Shown: in pieces, positions 1-9,780 of the stretch
How positions within the stretch are numbered: position 1 is the first letter of the stretch
Layout of the letters: the number at the start of each line of letters is the position of its first letter
Notes under the pieces: generated by a model
What the model saw: only the letters and a program-made list of their open reading frames with translations
Told to the model about the DNA's origin: nothing
The model's database searches: none
Translations under genes and position numbers: made by a program
DNA from: Candidatus Electronema halotolerans
GTDB taxonomy: Bacteria > Desulfobacterota > Desulfobulbia > Desulfobulbales > Desulfobulbaceae
Length of the DNA stretch: 32,000 nucleotides
Reading direction: 5' to 3'
Assembly: GCA_942493095.1 (NCBI GenBank)
Contig: OW818675.1
Coordinates: 180,001 to 212,000 of the forward strand

Positions 1-50
1 CTGCCCCTACGGCGGGCGGCAGAAAAGAAAAAGGATGACCGGAGTTCAAT

Positions 51-1730
51 ATGAAAAGAAATGCTGTTGTCCGGCTGGCTGTGCTGGTGCTGCTTGGAGC
101 TGTGGCAGTGACGGCGGCTGTCAGCGGAACCCTCAAGGCCGGACAGGGGAAAATAGTTTTTCTGCCCTTCAGAGTCAGCACTGAAGAACCGCAGGAGCAT
201 CTTCGGGCCGGGCTGACCAGCATTTTAGCCAGCCGCCTCAGTGAGCGCAGCGGGCTGGAGGCTGTCTATGGGGCGGATAAAACCGGCAAGCTGGAAGCCA
301 TGCTCCAGAACGGCCAGCCGCAGGAGGCAAAAAAAATCCTCCACAATTTGCAGGGCAGTCAGCTTGTCCTTGGCAGCTTGGAGCAGCAGGGCCGCAGCTA
401 CACCCTTTTTGTTCAGGTGTTGGGCGGCAGCCGGACAGCACCTGCCTCTTTCACCCGCATTGTCAGTTCGTTGGACAAAGTCATTCCGGTTCTAGATGAT
501 CTGGCGGCTGAGATTGCCGCCGCAGTCTTCCACGCCAAGCCAGCAGTGGCCGCACCTCCTGCGGCAGAGCAGGAGGATATGGACGGCTTTCAGACCGCGC
601 ACCCGGACAAAATCTGGCGGGATGAGCTACAGCAGGCCGCAGCTTCTGTCGTCCCAGCTTCTGCGGAAGAAACCGGGCTGTTTCGGGTCTTGTCCTCTCG
701 GAGCAGCAGCGAGCTGTCCTCCTCGTTCCGGGCTATGGACGCAGGCGATGCGGACGGTGACGGCAGCGCAGAGTTTGTCTTATTGGAACAGGGGCGGCTG
801 CTCCTGCTCCGGGCTGGCAATAATGATCACTTCCGAATTCTTGCCCAATATCCGCTGCCCGGCCATCTTGGTCTGCATGCAGTGCAGTTAGCTGATTTGG
901 ATGGCAATGGCCGACAGGAAATCTACATCTCGGCCAGCAGCGGCGGCAGCCCCTCCTCGTTGGTGCTGGAATGGAACGGGGCGCAGTTCCATTCTCTGAA
1001 CTGGCAGGTGCCGTATTATCTCCGTCCGGGAAAGGATGCGGTAGGCAGGCCGGTGCTGCTCGGTCAGGCAGGCGGCAGCATCTATCGGCTTGTCCGCAGT
1101 CAGGACGGCAGACTGAACCGGGCCGAGGAACTTGCTGTGCCCGCAGGCTTTGGCCTCTATGATTTCATCCGCACCGATTTAAATCAGGACGGCAGACTGG
1201 AATTTGTCGGCCTGACCGAAGAAAATAAGATGCTGGTCTTGGATGAGAACGGCAGGCCGTTGTGGCAGAGCGAGGACATCTACGGAGCCAGCCGCAATGC
1301 TCTCGGCACCTTGGCCAGCAGGCGGCAGGCTGATCTTGACCGGCCTTATGATGAACGCCAGCGCACCTATCTGCATACCCGCATCATTGCCCAAGACCTG
1401 ACTGGCGACGGCAAGCCGGAGATTGTCATCAGCCGCAACCAAGTGACCAATGTCAGATTCTTCAAGCAGCTTCGTTATTTTGATGGCTCGTCCATTGTCG
1501 CTCTGAGCTGGGACGGCAGCCGGATGAACCGGCTCTGGGAAACCGCGCAAAATCCCGGCTACATTGTTGACTGCCAAGTGCGCAGCAATCCAGCCCAGCC
1601 GGGCCGCTTCCGTCTCTTCTGGGTGGAAAGTGACGACACCGGCAATCCTATGTATTTCTGGGCCAGAGAAAAGTCTGTGCTGAAAATGGAGGACTTGGCC
1701 CCGGCTGCCGCATCAGCGGGCAAACGATGA
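51..1730 (+). CDS. Secreted FG-GAP/VCBS-repeat protein (integrin-alpha-like beta-propeller)
   Basis: 559-aa ORF with ATG at 51. Signal-like N-terminus (LAVLVLLGAVAVTAAVSG). Four recurring FG-GAP Ca-binding-type loops: DADGDGSAEF, DLDGNGRQEIY, DLNQDGRLEF, DLTGDGKPEIV. Confidence 0.8.
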   Translation: MKRNAVVRLAVLVLLGAVAVTAAVSGTLKAGQGKIVFLPFRVSTEEPQEHLRAGLTSILASRLSERSGLEAVYGADKTGKLEAMLQNGQPQEAKKILHNLQGSQLVLGSLEQQGRSYTLFVQVLGGSRTAPASFTRIVSSLDKVIPVLDDLAAEIAAAVFHAKPAVAAPPAAEQEDMDGFQTAHPDKIWRDELQQAAASVVPASAEETGLFRVLSSRSSSELSSSFRAMDAGDADGDGSAEFVLLEQGRLLLLRAGNNDHFRILAQYPLPGHLGLHAVQLADLDGNGRQEIYISASSGGSPSSLVLEWNGAQFHSLNWQVPYYLRPGKDAVGRPVLLGQAGGSIYRLVRSQDGRLNRAEELAVPAGFGLYDFIRTDLNQDGRLEFVGLTEENKMLVLDENGRPLWQSEDIYGASRNALGTLASRRQADLDRPYDERQRTYLHTRIIAQDLTGDGKPEIVISRNQVTNVRFFKQLRYFDGSSIVALSWDGSRMNRLWETAQNPGYIVDCQVRSNPAQPGRFRLFWVESDDTGNPMYFWAREKSVLKMEDLAPAAASAGKR

Positions 1731-2203
1731 GCTTGGACAAGCTGCTTGAGTTTGGCTGCAATCCTGAGGTGCTGGCTGGAATTGCCTGCGCGTTCATGGC
1801 CATGCTGTGGCTTTTTATCGGCAGAAACCGGCAGCGCGGCCCAGCAGCCGCAGACCGTCTGGACGCAGTGCAGGTGATTTTTCTTCTCAGCCTGCTGGCC
1901 TTGCTTGCGCTGGCGGTGCTGATGTGGCATGACCGCGCCATTTCCATGCCGCTGCTCGGCAGCCTGCTGGGAAGCATCATCACTGGTCTGCCGCTCTTGC
2001 GGTCTGCGGGGAAAGAAAATGATCTCAGTACGCAGGGCAATCAATGCCCGTCTGTCCGCAGTGGTGGCAAGGTGAAAATCAACTATGGCGGCAGGCCGTC
2101 CGACGGGAAAAAAGCAGGCACCGGGTGGCGGACGCTCACTCAGGGAGAGCAAAGCCCGGCGGTTGAGGCGAAGAAGGATGTGGAGATCAGGTACAAGAAA
2201 TAA
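1727..2203 (+). CDS. Small membrane protein (about 3 TM helices, hydrophilic Lys/Gly-rich tail), hypothetical
   Basis: 158-aa ORF. Its ATG overlaps the upstream stop in ATGA (1727-1730), suggesting translational coupling. Hydrophobic segments IACAFMAMLWLFI, VIFLLSLLALLALAVLMW and LLGSLLGSIITGLPLL. No recognisable family. Confidence 0.5.
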   Translation: MSLDKLLEFGCNPEVLAGIACAFMAMLWLFIGRNRQRGPAAADRLDAVQVIFLLSLLALLALAVLMWHDRAISMPLLGSLLGSIITGLPLLRSAGKENDLSTQGNQCPSVRSGGKVKINYGGRPSDGKKAGTGWRTLTQGEQSPAVEAKKDVEIRYKK

Positions 2204-2283
2204 GGCAGTTGACTGTTTCATGCCTTGGTTGAATGGCGGCGGAAATCGCTCTCTTTCTTTGCAGCGATAAAGGAGAAAAGAAA

Positions 2284-2541
2284 ATGCCCACTGTGCTTCT
2301 GCTGTCCGGCTGGCGGCTCTTTTTTTATGCAGGCGAAGGCAATGAGCCAATTCATATTCACTGCCGGAAGGGTGACATGGAGTGCAAATACTGGCTGCAC
2401 CCTGAAGAGTTTGAAATTTCAGAGGCCTACATGTACAATATGAGCAAGGTGGCCAAGCGGGAGATCAGGAAAATCATCTTTGACCACTTTGAGTATATTG
2501 AAAACTCTTGGAAGGATTTTAAGGAGAAGAGACAGGCATGA
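2284..2541 (+). CDS. DUF4160 family protein
   Basis: Start moved to the internal ATG at 2284 (MPTV...), preceded by AGGAG. The pattern MPTVLLLSGWRLFFYAGEGNEPIHIHCRKGDMECKYWL matches the DUF4160 N-terminal signature (MPT..., HxPxHxH-type motif). Confidence 0.72.
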   Translation: MPTVLLLSGWRLFFYAGEGNEPIHIHCRKGDMECKYWLHPEEFEISEAYMYNMSKVAKREIRKIIFDHFEYIENSWKDFKEKRQA

Positions 2542-2801
2542 AGAAACTTCATGAAATAGGACTGATTGAGTTTTCAGATAAATTGCTTAAAATTGAGATT
2601 GATGGCAAATTGGACGTGTTCCGTTTGGAGGATTTTTCACCTTTGCTGGCAAACGCCTCAGAACTGGAGCGGATGACCTATGAAGTGTCTCCGTTCGGCT
2701 ACGGCATTCATTGGCCACTTTTAGATGAGGACATCTCCATTGATAGCCTGCTGGGCATTGTTCATCATCCTGAGCGGCAGCCTGCTGAAGCAGGAGGATA
2801 G
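2538..2801 (+). CDS. DUF2442 family protein
   Basis: 87-aa ORF with a 4-nt ATGA overlap on the DUF4160 gene. The segment YEVSPFGYGIHWPLLDEDISIDSLL is typical of DUF2442. DUF4160/DUF2442 is a recurrent two-gene pair. Confidence 0.72.
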   Translation: MKKLHEIGLIEFSDKLLKIEIDGKLDVFRLEDFSPLLANASELERMTYEVSPFGYGIHWPLLDEDISIDSLLGIVHHPERQPAEAGG

Positions 2802-2846
2802 ACGGAATGCTGCGGTGAATGCTCTGAAAGGAAAAAAACGAACGAC

Positions 2847-4439
2847 ATGCAGATGACAACGGGCGATCAATCGCCGGTCATTAAGGCGGGCGGCAATGTT
2901 TCGGTAAGCTACGGCTTGGATGAGGAGCGTGTCAAAGCCATGCTGGAGCAGCAGCAAGAGGAGCTGTTCAGGAAGCTGCGGGAGTCCGGCTTTGCGGCGG
3001 ATGACGGCGAACGCCGCCTGCTGGAGCAGCAGTTGCAGGCGGTTTCGGCGAAACTGGCTGACATCGAGCGGAGTTACAACGAAGAACTGGCCCGGCGCAA
3101 GGCGGCAGACAAAGTGCTTGCCCAATTGCGCGGCCAGCTTCCTGAAGCCCAGATTGAGCAGGCGCAGGCCAGTCTGCGGCAGGGCGACACAGCGGCGGCC
3201 CGGCAGGTTTTCCATGCAGTGGCTGACAAAGCAGGCGCGGCGGTCGCGCTGGCCGCTTTCCAGCTTGGACAGATGGCTGAAGGGGATTTGGAATATACCG
3301 AGGCCATGCGGCAGTATAAAAAGGCGGCTGCGCTGGAGGAGGACAATCCTGAGTATCTGCTTGCCGCTGGGAAAATGGCCCGCAAATTGGCGCAGTACAG
3401 GCAGGCGCAGGAATGGCTGGAGCATCTGCTGGAGATCAGGGAGGCGGAAGGGGAGAGCGCGGAGCTTGGCAGCGTTCTGCATGAGCTGGCGTTGCTGCAC
3501 AGGAATCAGGGAAAATATGAGGATGCTGAACCGCTGCATCTGCAGGCGGTTACGGTCAAAGAGAAATTTCTTGGCAAAGAGCATCCTGATGTGGCCGAGG
3601 CGTTGAATGATTTGGCTGTGTTGTACCGTCGTGAAGGGAAATATAAGGAAGCGGAGCCGCTGTATTTACGTGCGCTGGCGGTGAAGGAGAAGGTGTTCGG
3701 TGAGGATCATCCGAGCGTGGCGCAGACGTTGAATGATCTGGCGTTGTTTTATAGAAATCAAGACTGTTTTGCTGATGTTGAGTCTCTGTATCGTCGTGCT
3801 TTTGAAATTAGAGAGAAATACCTTGGAAAAGATCATTTTGATGTTGCAGAAAGTTTAAATAACCTTGCTGTGTTATATAAAGATCATGAAAAATATTTTG
3901 AGGCCGAATCGCTGCATCTGCGCTCAATTGCTATCAAAGAAAGAGTTTTAGGGAAAGATCATCCTTCTATAGCAAACAGTTTATGCAATCTTGCTTTTTT
4001 ATACAGACAGCAAGATAGATACACAGAAGCGGAGCCGTTGTATTTACGCTCTCTTGCTATCAGAGAACAGTCCTTTGGTAAAGAGCATCCTGATGTAGCT
4101 ATAAGTTTGAATAACATTGCAGGTCTTTACCGCAAGCAAGGTAGATACGCAGAGGCTAAACCTTTGCTCCAGCGCGCTCTTGAAATTCGTGAAAACAAAC
4201 TCGGCAAATATCATCCTGACGTGTCAAAGATTTTGCGCACAATGGCTAAACTCTACCGCGACCAAGGCAGATACGCGGAAGCGGAGCCGTTGTTTCAACG
4301 CGCCCTATCCATTATGAAGGAAAAATGTCCTGCCGGGCATTCACGCATTGCCGCCTGCCAGAAGGAATATGACGAAATGAAGGAGAAGATGGCGGAGCGG
4401 GAGCAAGCCGCAATATGGCACGAGGAAGACAATGTTTAA
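2847..4439 (+). CDS. Tetratricopeptide-repeat protein (kinesin-light-chain-type 42-aa TPR units) with N-terminal coiled coil
   Basis: 530-aa ORF. About seven consecutive units of the form LxxLAxLYRxQGxYxEAEPLYxRALxIxEKxLGxxHPDVAxxLNN, giving a 126-bp DNA periodicity over roughly 3470-4320. No NTPase or enzymatic domain seen. Confidence 0.85.
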   Translation: MQMTTGDQSPVIKAGGNVSVSYGLDEERVKAMLEQQQEELFRKLRESGFAADDGERRLLEQQLQAVSAKLADIERSYNEELARRKAADKVLAQLRGQLPEAQIEQAQASLRQGDTAAARQVFHAVADKAGAAVALAAFQLGQMAEGDLEYTEAMRQYKKAAALEEDNPEYLLAAGKMARKLAQYRQAQEWLEHLLEIREAEGESAELGSVLHELALLHRNQGKYEDAEPLHLQAVTVKEKFLGKEHPDVAEALNDLAVLYRREGKYKEAEPLYLRALAVKEKVFGEDHPSVAQTLNDLALFYRNQDCFADVESLYRRAFEIREKYLGKDHFDVAESLNNLAVLYKDHEKYFEAESLHLRSIAIKERVLGKDHPSIANSLCNLAFLYRQQDRYTEAEPLYLRSLAIREQSFGKEHPDVAISLNNIAGLYRKQGRYAEAKPLLQRALEIRENKLGKYHPDVSKILRTMAKLYRDQGRYAEAEPLFQRALSIMKEKCPAGHSRIAACQKEYDEMKEKMAEREQAAIWHEEDNV

Positions 4440-4505
4440 TCTGCAATTGCATATCAGGCCAAAAAACGAACAGCAATCATTTAAACTTTTGACGGACATA
4501 TCTAA

Positions 4506-6155
4506 ATGAACGGTGCTGAACTTTTAGTGCGCTGCTTGGAAAACGAGGGCGTTGAATATATCTTCGGCATTCCGGGTGAGGAGAACCTTGCCTTTCTTGA
4601 AGCTTTGCGCAGCTCCTCAATCAAATTGATTTTGACCCGGCACGAGCAGGCCGCTGGTTTCATGGCCGCGACCTATGGCCGCCTGACCGGCAGGCCCGGT
4701 GTCTGCCTTGCCACCTTGGGACCGGGAGCGACCAATTTTGTCACCAGCACGGCCTACGCCTTTCTCGGCGGCATGCCCTGCCTCTTCATCACCGGCCAGA
4801 AGCCGATCAAAACCTCCAAGCAGGGCCGCTTCCAGATCATCAATGTGGTTTCGATGATGGCTCCAATCACCAAAATGACCCGGCAGATTGTCAGCGCGGA
4901 CTCCATTGCCGCCCTGACCCGCGAAGCCTTCCGCACTGCTGTGCAGGAAAAGGCCGGGCCAGTGCATCTGGAACTGCCCGAAGACATTGCCGCTGATCCG
5001 GTCTCAGAATCTGCCAAGCCTTTTCCGGTCTCAGACATTCCCGCGCCCTTGGCCTCAGAAAAAACACTGGGCCAAGTGGCGGCAATTATCAGCCAAGCCA
5101 AGAATCCGCTCCTGCTCATTGCTGCTGCCGCCAATCGGCATCAAACCGGCCCAGCCTTGGAACAGTTCATTGAGCGGACCGGCATTCACTTCTTTTCCAC
5201 CCAGATGGGCAAGGGCACGGCGGATGAATTCCATCCCCGCTGCCTCGGCACTGCTGCCCTGTCTGATCACGACTACCTGCACTGCGCCATTGCCAAGGCG
5301 GACGTGATCATCAATGTCGGTCATGATGTGGTCGAAAAACCGCCTTTTTTCATGCGCCGGGACGGCGTGGTGGTCATCCACATCAATTACTTCAGCGCAG
5401 TCTTTGACGAGGTCTATTTCCCACAGCATGAGGTGATCGGCGACATTGCCGACTCGGTCGAGCGGCTGGCCGAGTTGATTGAACCTGATTCATTAGCCGG
5501 AAACGGCTATTTCAACCTGCTGAAAAAAGAGATAGATAAAAACGTCTATCAGCGGAACCTGCCTTTGGCCTTCCCCTACACCCCGCAGCAGCTCACCAAG
5601 GTCCTGCGCGAGCTGCTCGGCAAGGACACCATCCTGTCCTTGGACAACGGGATGTACAAAATCTGGTTTGCCCGCAACTACCGCTCCACTGATTCCCGTT
5701 CCGTGCTCTTGGACAATGCGCTGGCAACGATGGGTGCGGGTCTGCCGGTTGCCATTGCCGCTAAAATGCTTTTCCCGGAACGCAAGGTGGTGGCGGTCTG
5801 CGGCGACGGCGGCTTCATGATGAACTCGCAGGAGCTGGAAACTGCCATTCGTCTGAAACTCGATTTGACCATCCTCCTGCTCCGCGATGACGGTTTGGGC
5901 ATGATCAAGTGGAAGCAGGCAGGCATGGGCCTGCCGGATTTCGGTTTGGATTTCAGCAACCCGGATTTTGTCAAATATGCGGAAAGCTATGGGGCGCAGG
6001 GCTGGCGGGTCTCAGCAAAACACCAGCTTGCGGAAATCCTGCCGCACTGCTTGGCCAGCAAAGGAGTCCACCTGATTGAGCTGCCAGTTGATTATGCGGA
6101 AAACGAGTCGGTGCTGATTGAGGAGCTGCGCCGCAAAACCTGCCTGATTGGTTGA
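4506..6155 (+). CDS. Thiamine-diphosphate-dependent enzyme, acetolactate synthase large-subunit family (AlsS/IlvB-like)
   Basis: 549-aa ORF. N-terminal GAELLVRCLENEGVEYIFGIPGEENL...TRHEQAAGFMAATYGRLTGRPGVCLATLGPGATN. C-terminal ThDP-binding motif GDGGFMMNSQELETA. Confidence 0.9.
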   Translation: MNGAELLVRCLENEGVEYIFGIPGEENLAFLEALRSSSIKLILTRHEQAAGFMAATYGRLTGRPGVCLATLGPGATNFVTSTAYAFLGGMPCLFITGQKPIKTSKQGRFQIINVVSMMAPITKMTRQIVSADSIAALTREAFRTAVQEKAGPVHLELPEDIAADPVSESAKPFPVSDIPAPLASEKTLGQVAAIISQAKNPLLLIAAAANRHQTGPALEQFIERTGIHFFSTQMGKGTADEFHPRCLGTAALSDHDYLHCAIAKADVIINVGHDVVEKPPFFMRRDGVVVIHINYFSAVFDEVYFPQHEVIGDIADSVERLAELIEPDSLAGNGYFNLLKKEIDKNVYQRNLPLAFPYTPQQLTKVLRELLGKDTILSLDNGMYKIWFARNYRSTDSRSVLLDNALATMGAGLPVAIAAKMLFPERKVVAVCGDGGFMMNSQELETAIRLKLDLTILLLRDDGLGMIKWKQAGMGLPDFGLDFSNPDFVKYAESYGAQGWRVSAKHQLAEILPHCLASKGVHLIELPVDYAENESVLIEELRRKTCLIG

Positions 6156-6835
6156 TGCCTGTTTTCCGCCTGCCCAAGGAGATTGTCTTTCCAGCCCCGG
6201 ACTTGGCCGAGCCGGACGGACTGCTGGCAGTGGGCGGTGACCTTTCGCCAGCCCGGCTTTTGGCGGCCTATCAGCAGGGCATTTTTCCGTGGTATTCTGG
6301 CAAGGAACCAATTCTCTGGTGGTCACCCGCGCCGCGCTTGGTTCTGCGGCCAGAGGAATTTCATCTGCCCAAACGGCTGGCCCGCACCATCCGCCAGCAG
6401 GTTTTTCAGGTCTGTGCGGACACGGCCTTTGCCGAGGTGATCACAGCCTGCGCTGTGGTGCGGGCGGAAACCGGCACGTGGATCACCCAAGAAATGGAGC
6501 AAGCTTATATCCGCCTGCACGAGCTTGGTTTTGCTCATTCGATTGAATGCCGCTTTGAGGGCCAATTAGTCGGCGGCCTCTACGGTCTCTGCTTGGACAA
6601 GATGTTTTTCGGCGAATCCATGTTCAGCCGCAAAACCGATGCCTCCAAGGTTGCTTTGGCCGCCTTGGTCAGCCATGCCCGGCAAATAGGCATTCAAGCA
6701 ATTGACTGCCAGATGACTACTGCGCATCTGCTCCGTTTTGGCAGCCGGGAGCTGAACCGGCAGGACTTTTCCGAGCTGCTCGACCGTCTCATCCGGCGCA
6801 TTGAGCCGCAGGAATACTGGCGGCTGGCAGGCTGA
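6155..6835 (+). CDS. aat: Leucyl/phenylalanyl-tRNA--protein transferase
   Basis: Collinear with E. coli Aat: GLLAVGGDLSPARLLAAYQQGIFPWYS..PILWWSP, GTWIT..M..AY..LHELG.AHSIE, GESMFS. The ATG at 6155 overlaps the upstream TGA (TGATG). The track start at 6152 is a TTG one codon upstream. Confidence 0.9.
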   Translation: MPVFRLPKEIVFPAPDLAEPDGLLAVGGDLSPARLLAAYQQGIFPWYSGKEPILWWSPAPRLVLRPEEFHLPKRLARTIRQQVFQVCADTAFAEVITACAVVRAETGTWITQEMEQAYIRLHELGFAHSIECRFEGQLVGGLYGLCLDKMFFGESMFSRKTDASKVALAALVSHARQIGIQAIDCQMTTAHLLRFGSRELNRQDFSELLDRLIRRIEPQEYWRLAG

Positions 6836-6975
6836 AAGCAATTTTTTTTGCAAAAAAGCCATTGTACCGACCGCCATTTTCTGATAATTTCTTTAGGTTG
6901 GTTTCGTCTGATGGAGGTTGACTTTTCGCCGTCGGAACCGCAATCAGCCAACAACTATAGATAACAGCTTGAACA

Positions 6976-8661
6976 ATGTCCCTCTCATCCGCCGCTGTCC
7001 GAAATCTGCTGCTTCTGGGCCTGGCTGCGCCGCTGCTGCTGAACGGCTGCCTGCCTTCAGGCCGCACTGAACGGCAGCTTCATCCTGACAGCAGGCAGGA
7101 TTCCAGACAACCTGAGGTTGAGCTGCCTGCCCCGCCGCCTGCGCCCCAGAAACCAGCCATCAGCCGGAAAGAGCAGGCTGCTTATGAAAAACAGGTGCTG
7201 GAGCCTGCCTTGGCCACCATCAATGGCCGCGTCACCTCCTATGAGCAGAAGCTCCAAGACTGGCAGAAGCTGGGCAGCAGTCAGGAGACGCTGCGGCTCT
7301 CTCCTGCTGAAATTGAGCAGCTCATTGTCTGCCGCAACACGGTTGCTGGTCTGCTCGAAGACTACAAAGGCCTTCAGGAGCAGTTGCTGCAAACAAAGTC
7401 GATTGAGGCTTCCCGCGAGCTGCTCTTCACCTCCTTGCAGGAATTCAAAGGCAATGACCTTGTCTATTTGGAAGGGGACTGTCCCAAGCTGTTTGAGGAC
7501 TTCAATTCTCCTGCCAGACAAAGAGCGGCAGCAGAAGCTGCTCCGCCTGAACAAACCGCAGTTGAGCCGCTTCCGGCAGCGCAGGATGACAGCAGTTCTG
7601 AGGCTGTGCAGAAGGAAGACCTTGGCGGGCAGTACAAGCATGATCTGGCCCTGCTGCGGGCAGGACAGCGGCAGAAAGCCCGCCGTCTTTTCACAGAACT
7701 TCTTGCCAAGGCGCGGCAGCAGGAAAATCAGAAGCTGGCAGTCAAGGTGCTGGCAATGCTTGCTGATCTCGACTTTGCCTCCCGCGATTATGCTGCGGCC
7801 CGCTTGAAATATGAGGAGCTGCGCCGGACAGACAGTTCTTCAGACCGGTACGGCAGACAGCTTGCCGCCTTGGCCGCTTCGGTCACCAAGCGGGATGAGC
7901 TGGATGCCTATGCTGATCTGCTGCTCAACTGCCTGACCTACAATCCTGATGAAGACGGCTTCACGGTTGTCCAGCAGGCAGCCGAGTTCATGCGCCTGTT
8001 CCCGGATTCGCTTCTGATGGAGGATGCGGACCGCCTGTCGCAGCAGATCAGCAAAGAGGCTGAACAATGGTTTGCGGACCTGCTGCAAAAAACAGAGCAG
8101 TGGCGGGCGGCTGGAAAAGAGCAGGCAGCAGCGGGGCGGCTGGAGCAGGTGCCCTTGGATATTCTGCCTTTGGACAAGCAGGAGCTGCTCCGGCAGAAAA
8201 AAGAGGAGCTGCTCGCTGCAATTAAGCCCGCAACAGCCGAGGATGCCTCTTTTGCCCCGGATCATGCAATGCAGGAGGCGGTGCCCGCGCCGCTGCCTGA
8301 CCCGGATGATGCCTTGCAGGACTTGTGGGACAAGGGTATGCTGGTGCTGCAGCAGGGCAAGTATGATGAGGCGGTCAGTCTGTTTTCCAAACTGTCTGGA
8401 ACCTCCTTTGCAGTCAAAGCTGAAGCCAAAATTGAAGAGGCGGAACGTCTTGCTGCTGAGGAGCTGCGCAAAAAGGCGGCAGAACTCTTCCAGGAGGCTG
8501 ACAGCGCGACAGAGCCTGCGGTCAAACAGGCCCTGCTGCGCTCCTCAAAAAAGCTGCTGGAGGATATTCTGCGGAAATATCCCCATTCAGGCATGGAGGA
8601 CAAGGTGCGGCGGAATCTCAACAGCGTGGATAAGGAGCTGGCGCAGACCGGCAAAGGATAG
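6976..8661 (+). CDS. Lipoprotein with helical/TPR-like C-terminal region, hypothetical
   Basis: 561-aa ORF. Signal peptide with lipobox-like LLLNGC. Gln/Glu/Ala-rich helical body. The C-terminus (QQGKYDEAVSLFSKL...ILRKYPHSG) resembles YbgF-type TPR. Confidence 0.65.
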   Translation: MSLSSAAVRNLLLLGLAAPLLLNGCLPSGRTERQLHPDSRQDSRQPEVELPAPPPAPQKPAISRKEQAAYEKQVLEPALATINGRVTSYEQKLQDWQKLGSSQETLRLSPAEIEQLIVCRNTVAGLLEDYKGLQEQLLQTKSIEASRELLFTSLQEFKGNDLVYLEGDCPKLFEDFNSPARQRAAAEAAPPEQTAVEPLPAAQDDSSSEAVQKEDLGGQYKHDLALLRAGQRQKARRLFTELLAKARQQENQKLAVKVLAMLADLDFASRDYAAARLKYEELRRTDSSSDRYGRQLAALAASVTKRDELDAYADLLLNCLTYNPDEDGFTVVQQAAEFMRLFPDSLLMEDADRLSQQISKEAEQWFADLLQKTEQWRAAGKEQAAAGRLEQVPLDILPLDKQELLRQKKEELLAAIKPATAEDASFAPDHAMQEAVPAPLPDPDDALQDLWDKGMLVLQQGKYDEAVSLFSKLSGTSFAVKAEAKIEEAERLAAEELRKKAAELFQEADSATEPAVKQALLRSSKKLLEDILRKYPHSGMEDKVRRNLNSVDKELAQTGKG

Positions 8662-8712
8662 TCAGCCAAGACGTGAACAAAAACAGGTTAAATTAACAGG
8701 AGCTGGAGGAGA

Positions 8713-9756
8713 ATGAAAATCACCAAAAATTTTATCATTGCAGCAGTTGTGGTTCTGGCTCTGATCGCGGGAACTTGGGGCCAGAATCAGGCGAATCACC
8801 GCAAGGAACTTGCCAAGGAGAACACCGCGCTTCAGGCCGAGCTGAAAAAGGCGGATGATGATGTCAAACAAGCTGCTGAACTGCGGGCTGAACTGGAGCG
8901 GCAGAAAGACGAGCTGCAGCAGATGCGGAGCCGTTTCAACAAGGCCCAGCAGAAGCTGGATGAGCTGGACAAGGAAAAACAGGCTCTTGCAGAGAAAGCA
9001 GCCGCTCAGGACAAGGCTGTCAAAGCCCTTGAGGCGGAAAAGGAAAATCTGCTCAAAGCGGCTGAGGCCATGAAGCATTCCTCAGCAGCGGCCACAGCCC
9101 AGCAGCTTGCGGCGGCGCAGAAAAAAATGGATGCGTTGCAAAAAATGTGCGCTCAGGAAAAATCAGGGCTGAGGCAGCAGATGAGCGAGCAGGAAGCTGC
9201 CTTGAAAGCGCAGATGGCCAAGGAGCAGGCGGCAATAAAAAACCAGATGGCGCAAAAAGAGGCAGCCTTGCAGAAGCAGATGGCCCAGCAGGAAGCGGCC
9301 TTGCAGAAGCAGATTGCCGAGCAGAAGGCGACGCTGAAGGAGCAGGAGCAGAAGCTGACTTCCGCAGCTCAGATCATCCAAAACGAGCAGAAACAGCTCA
9401 AGAGCTGCCAGGGAGAGCTGGGTGAGGTGCGGCCTGCCTTGGAAAAAACGCAGCGCGAGCTGAAAGACTTGGAGGCTGCCAGCCAGCAGCTGGAAGAGGA
9501 GCGCGACAAAATCCTTGCTGATGCGGACACCCTGCGGGCGCAGGTCATTGGCTTGGAAAAAATGGTTGAGGAGCGGAACACGGCTCTTGATCAGACCGGC
9601 AAGGAGCTGGAACGCTGCAATATCAACAACAATGTCCTGATTTCGCAGATTTCGCAGCTGGGCGGCGTGCAGCAAGGCGGTTTTGAGCTGCAAAGGAAGA
9701 CAAAGCAGGACATGCCGCTGCCGGAGCAGAGAAAAGTGCCGGTTCAGAAGCAGTAA
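8713..9756 (+). CDS. Membrane-anchored coiled-coil protein with 11-residue tandem repeats
   Basis: 347-aa ORF with GGAGGAG upstream of the ATG. One N-terminal TM helix (FIIAAVVVLALIAG). Almost entirely Glu/Gln/Lys/Ala heptad-like sequence. Tandem QMAKEQAAIKN / QMAQKEAALQK / QMAQQEAALQK / QIAEQKATLKE. Confidence 0.75.
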   Translation: MKITKNFIIAAVVVLALIAGTWGQNQANHRKELAKENTALQAELKKADDDVKQAAELRAELERQKDELQQMRSRFNKAQQKLDELDKEKQALAEKAAAQDKAVKALEAEKENLLKAAEAMKHSSAAATAQQLAAAQKKMDALQKMCAQEKSGLRQQMSEQEAALKAQMAKEQAAIKNQMAQKEAALQKQMAQQEAALQKQIAEQKATLKEQEQKLTSAAQIIQNEQKQLKSCQGELGEVRPALEKTQRELKDLEAASQQLEEERDKILADADTLRAQVIGLEKMVEERNTALDQTGKELERCNINNNVLISQISQLGGVQQGGFELQRKTKQDMPLPEQRKVPVQKQ

Positions 9757-9780
9757 TTGCGGTGCGGCTGGGGTTCTTTG

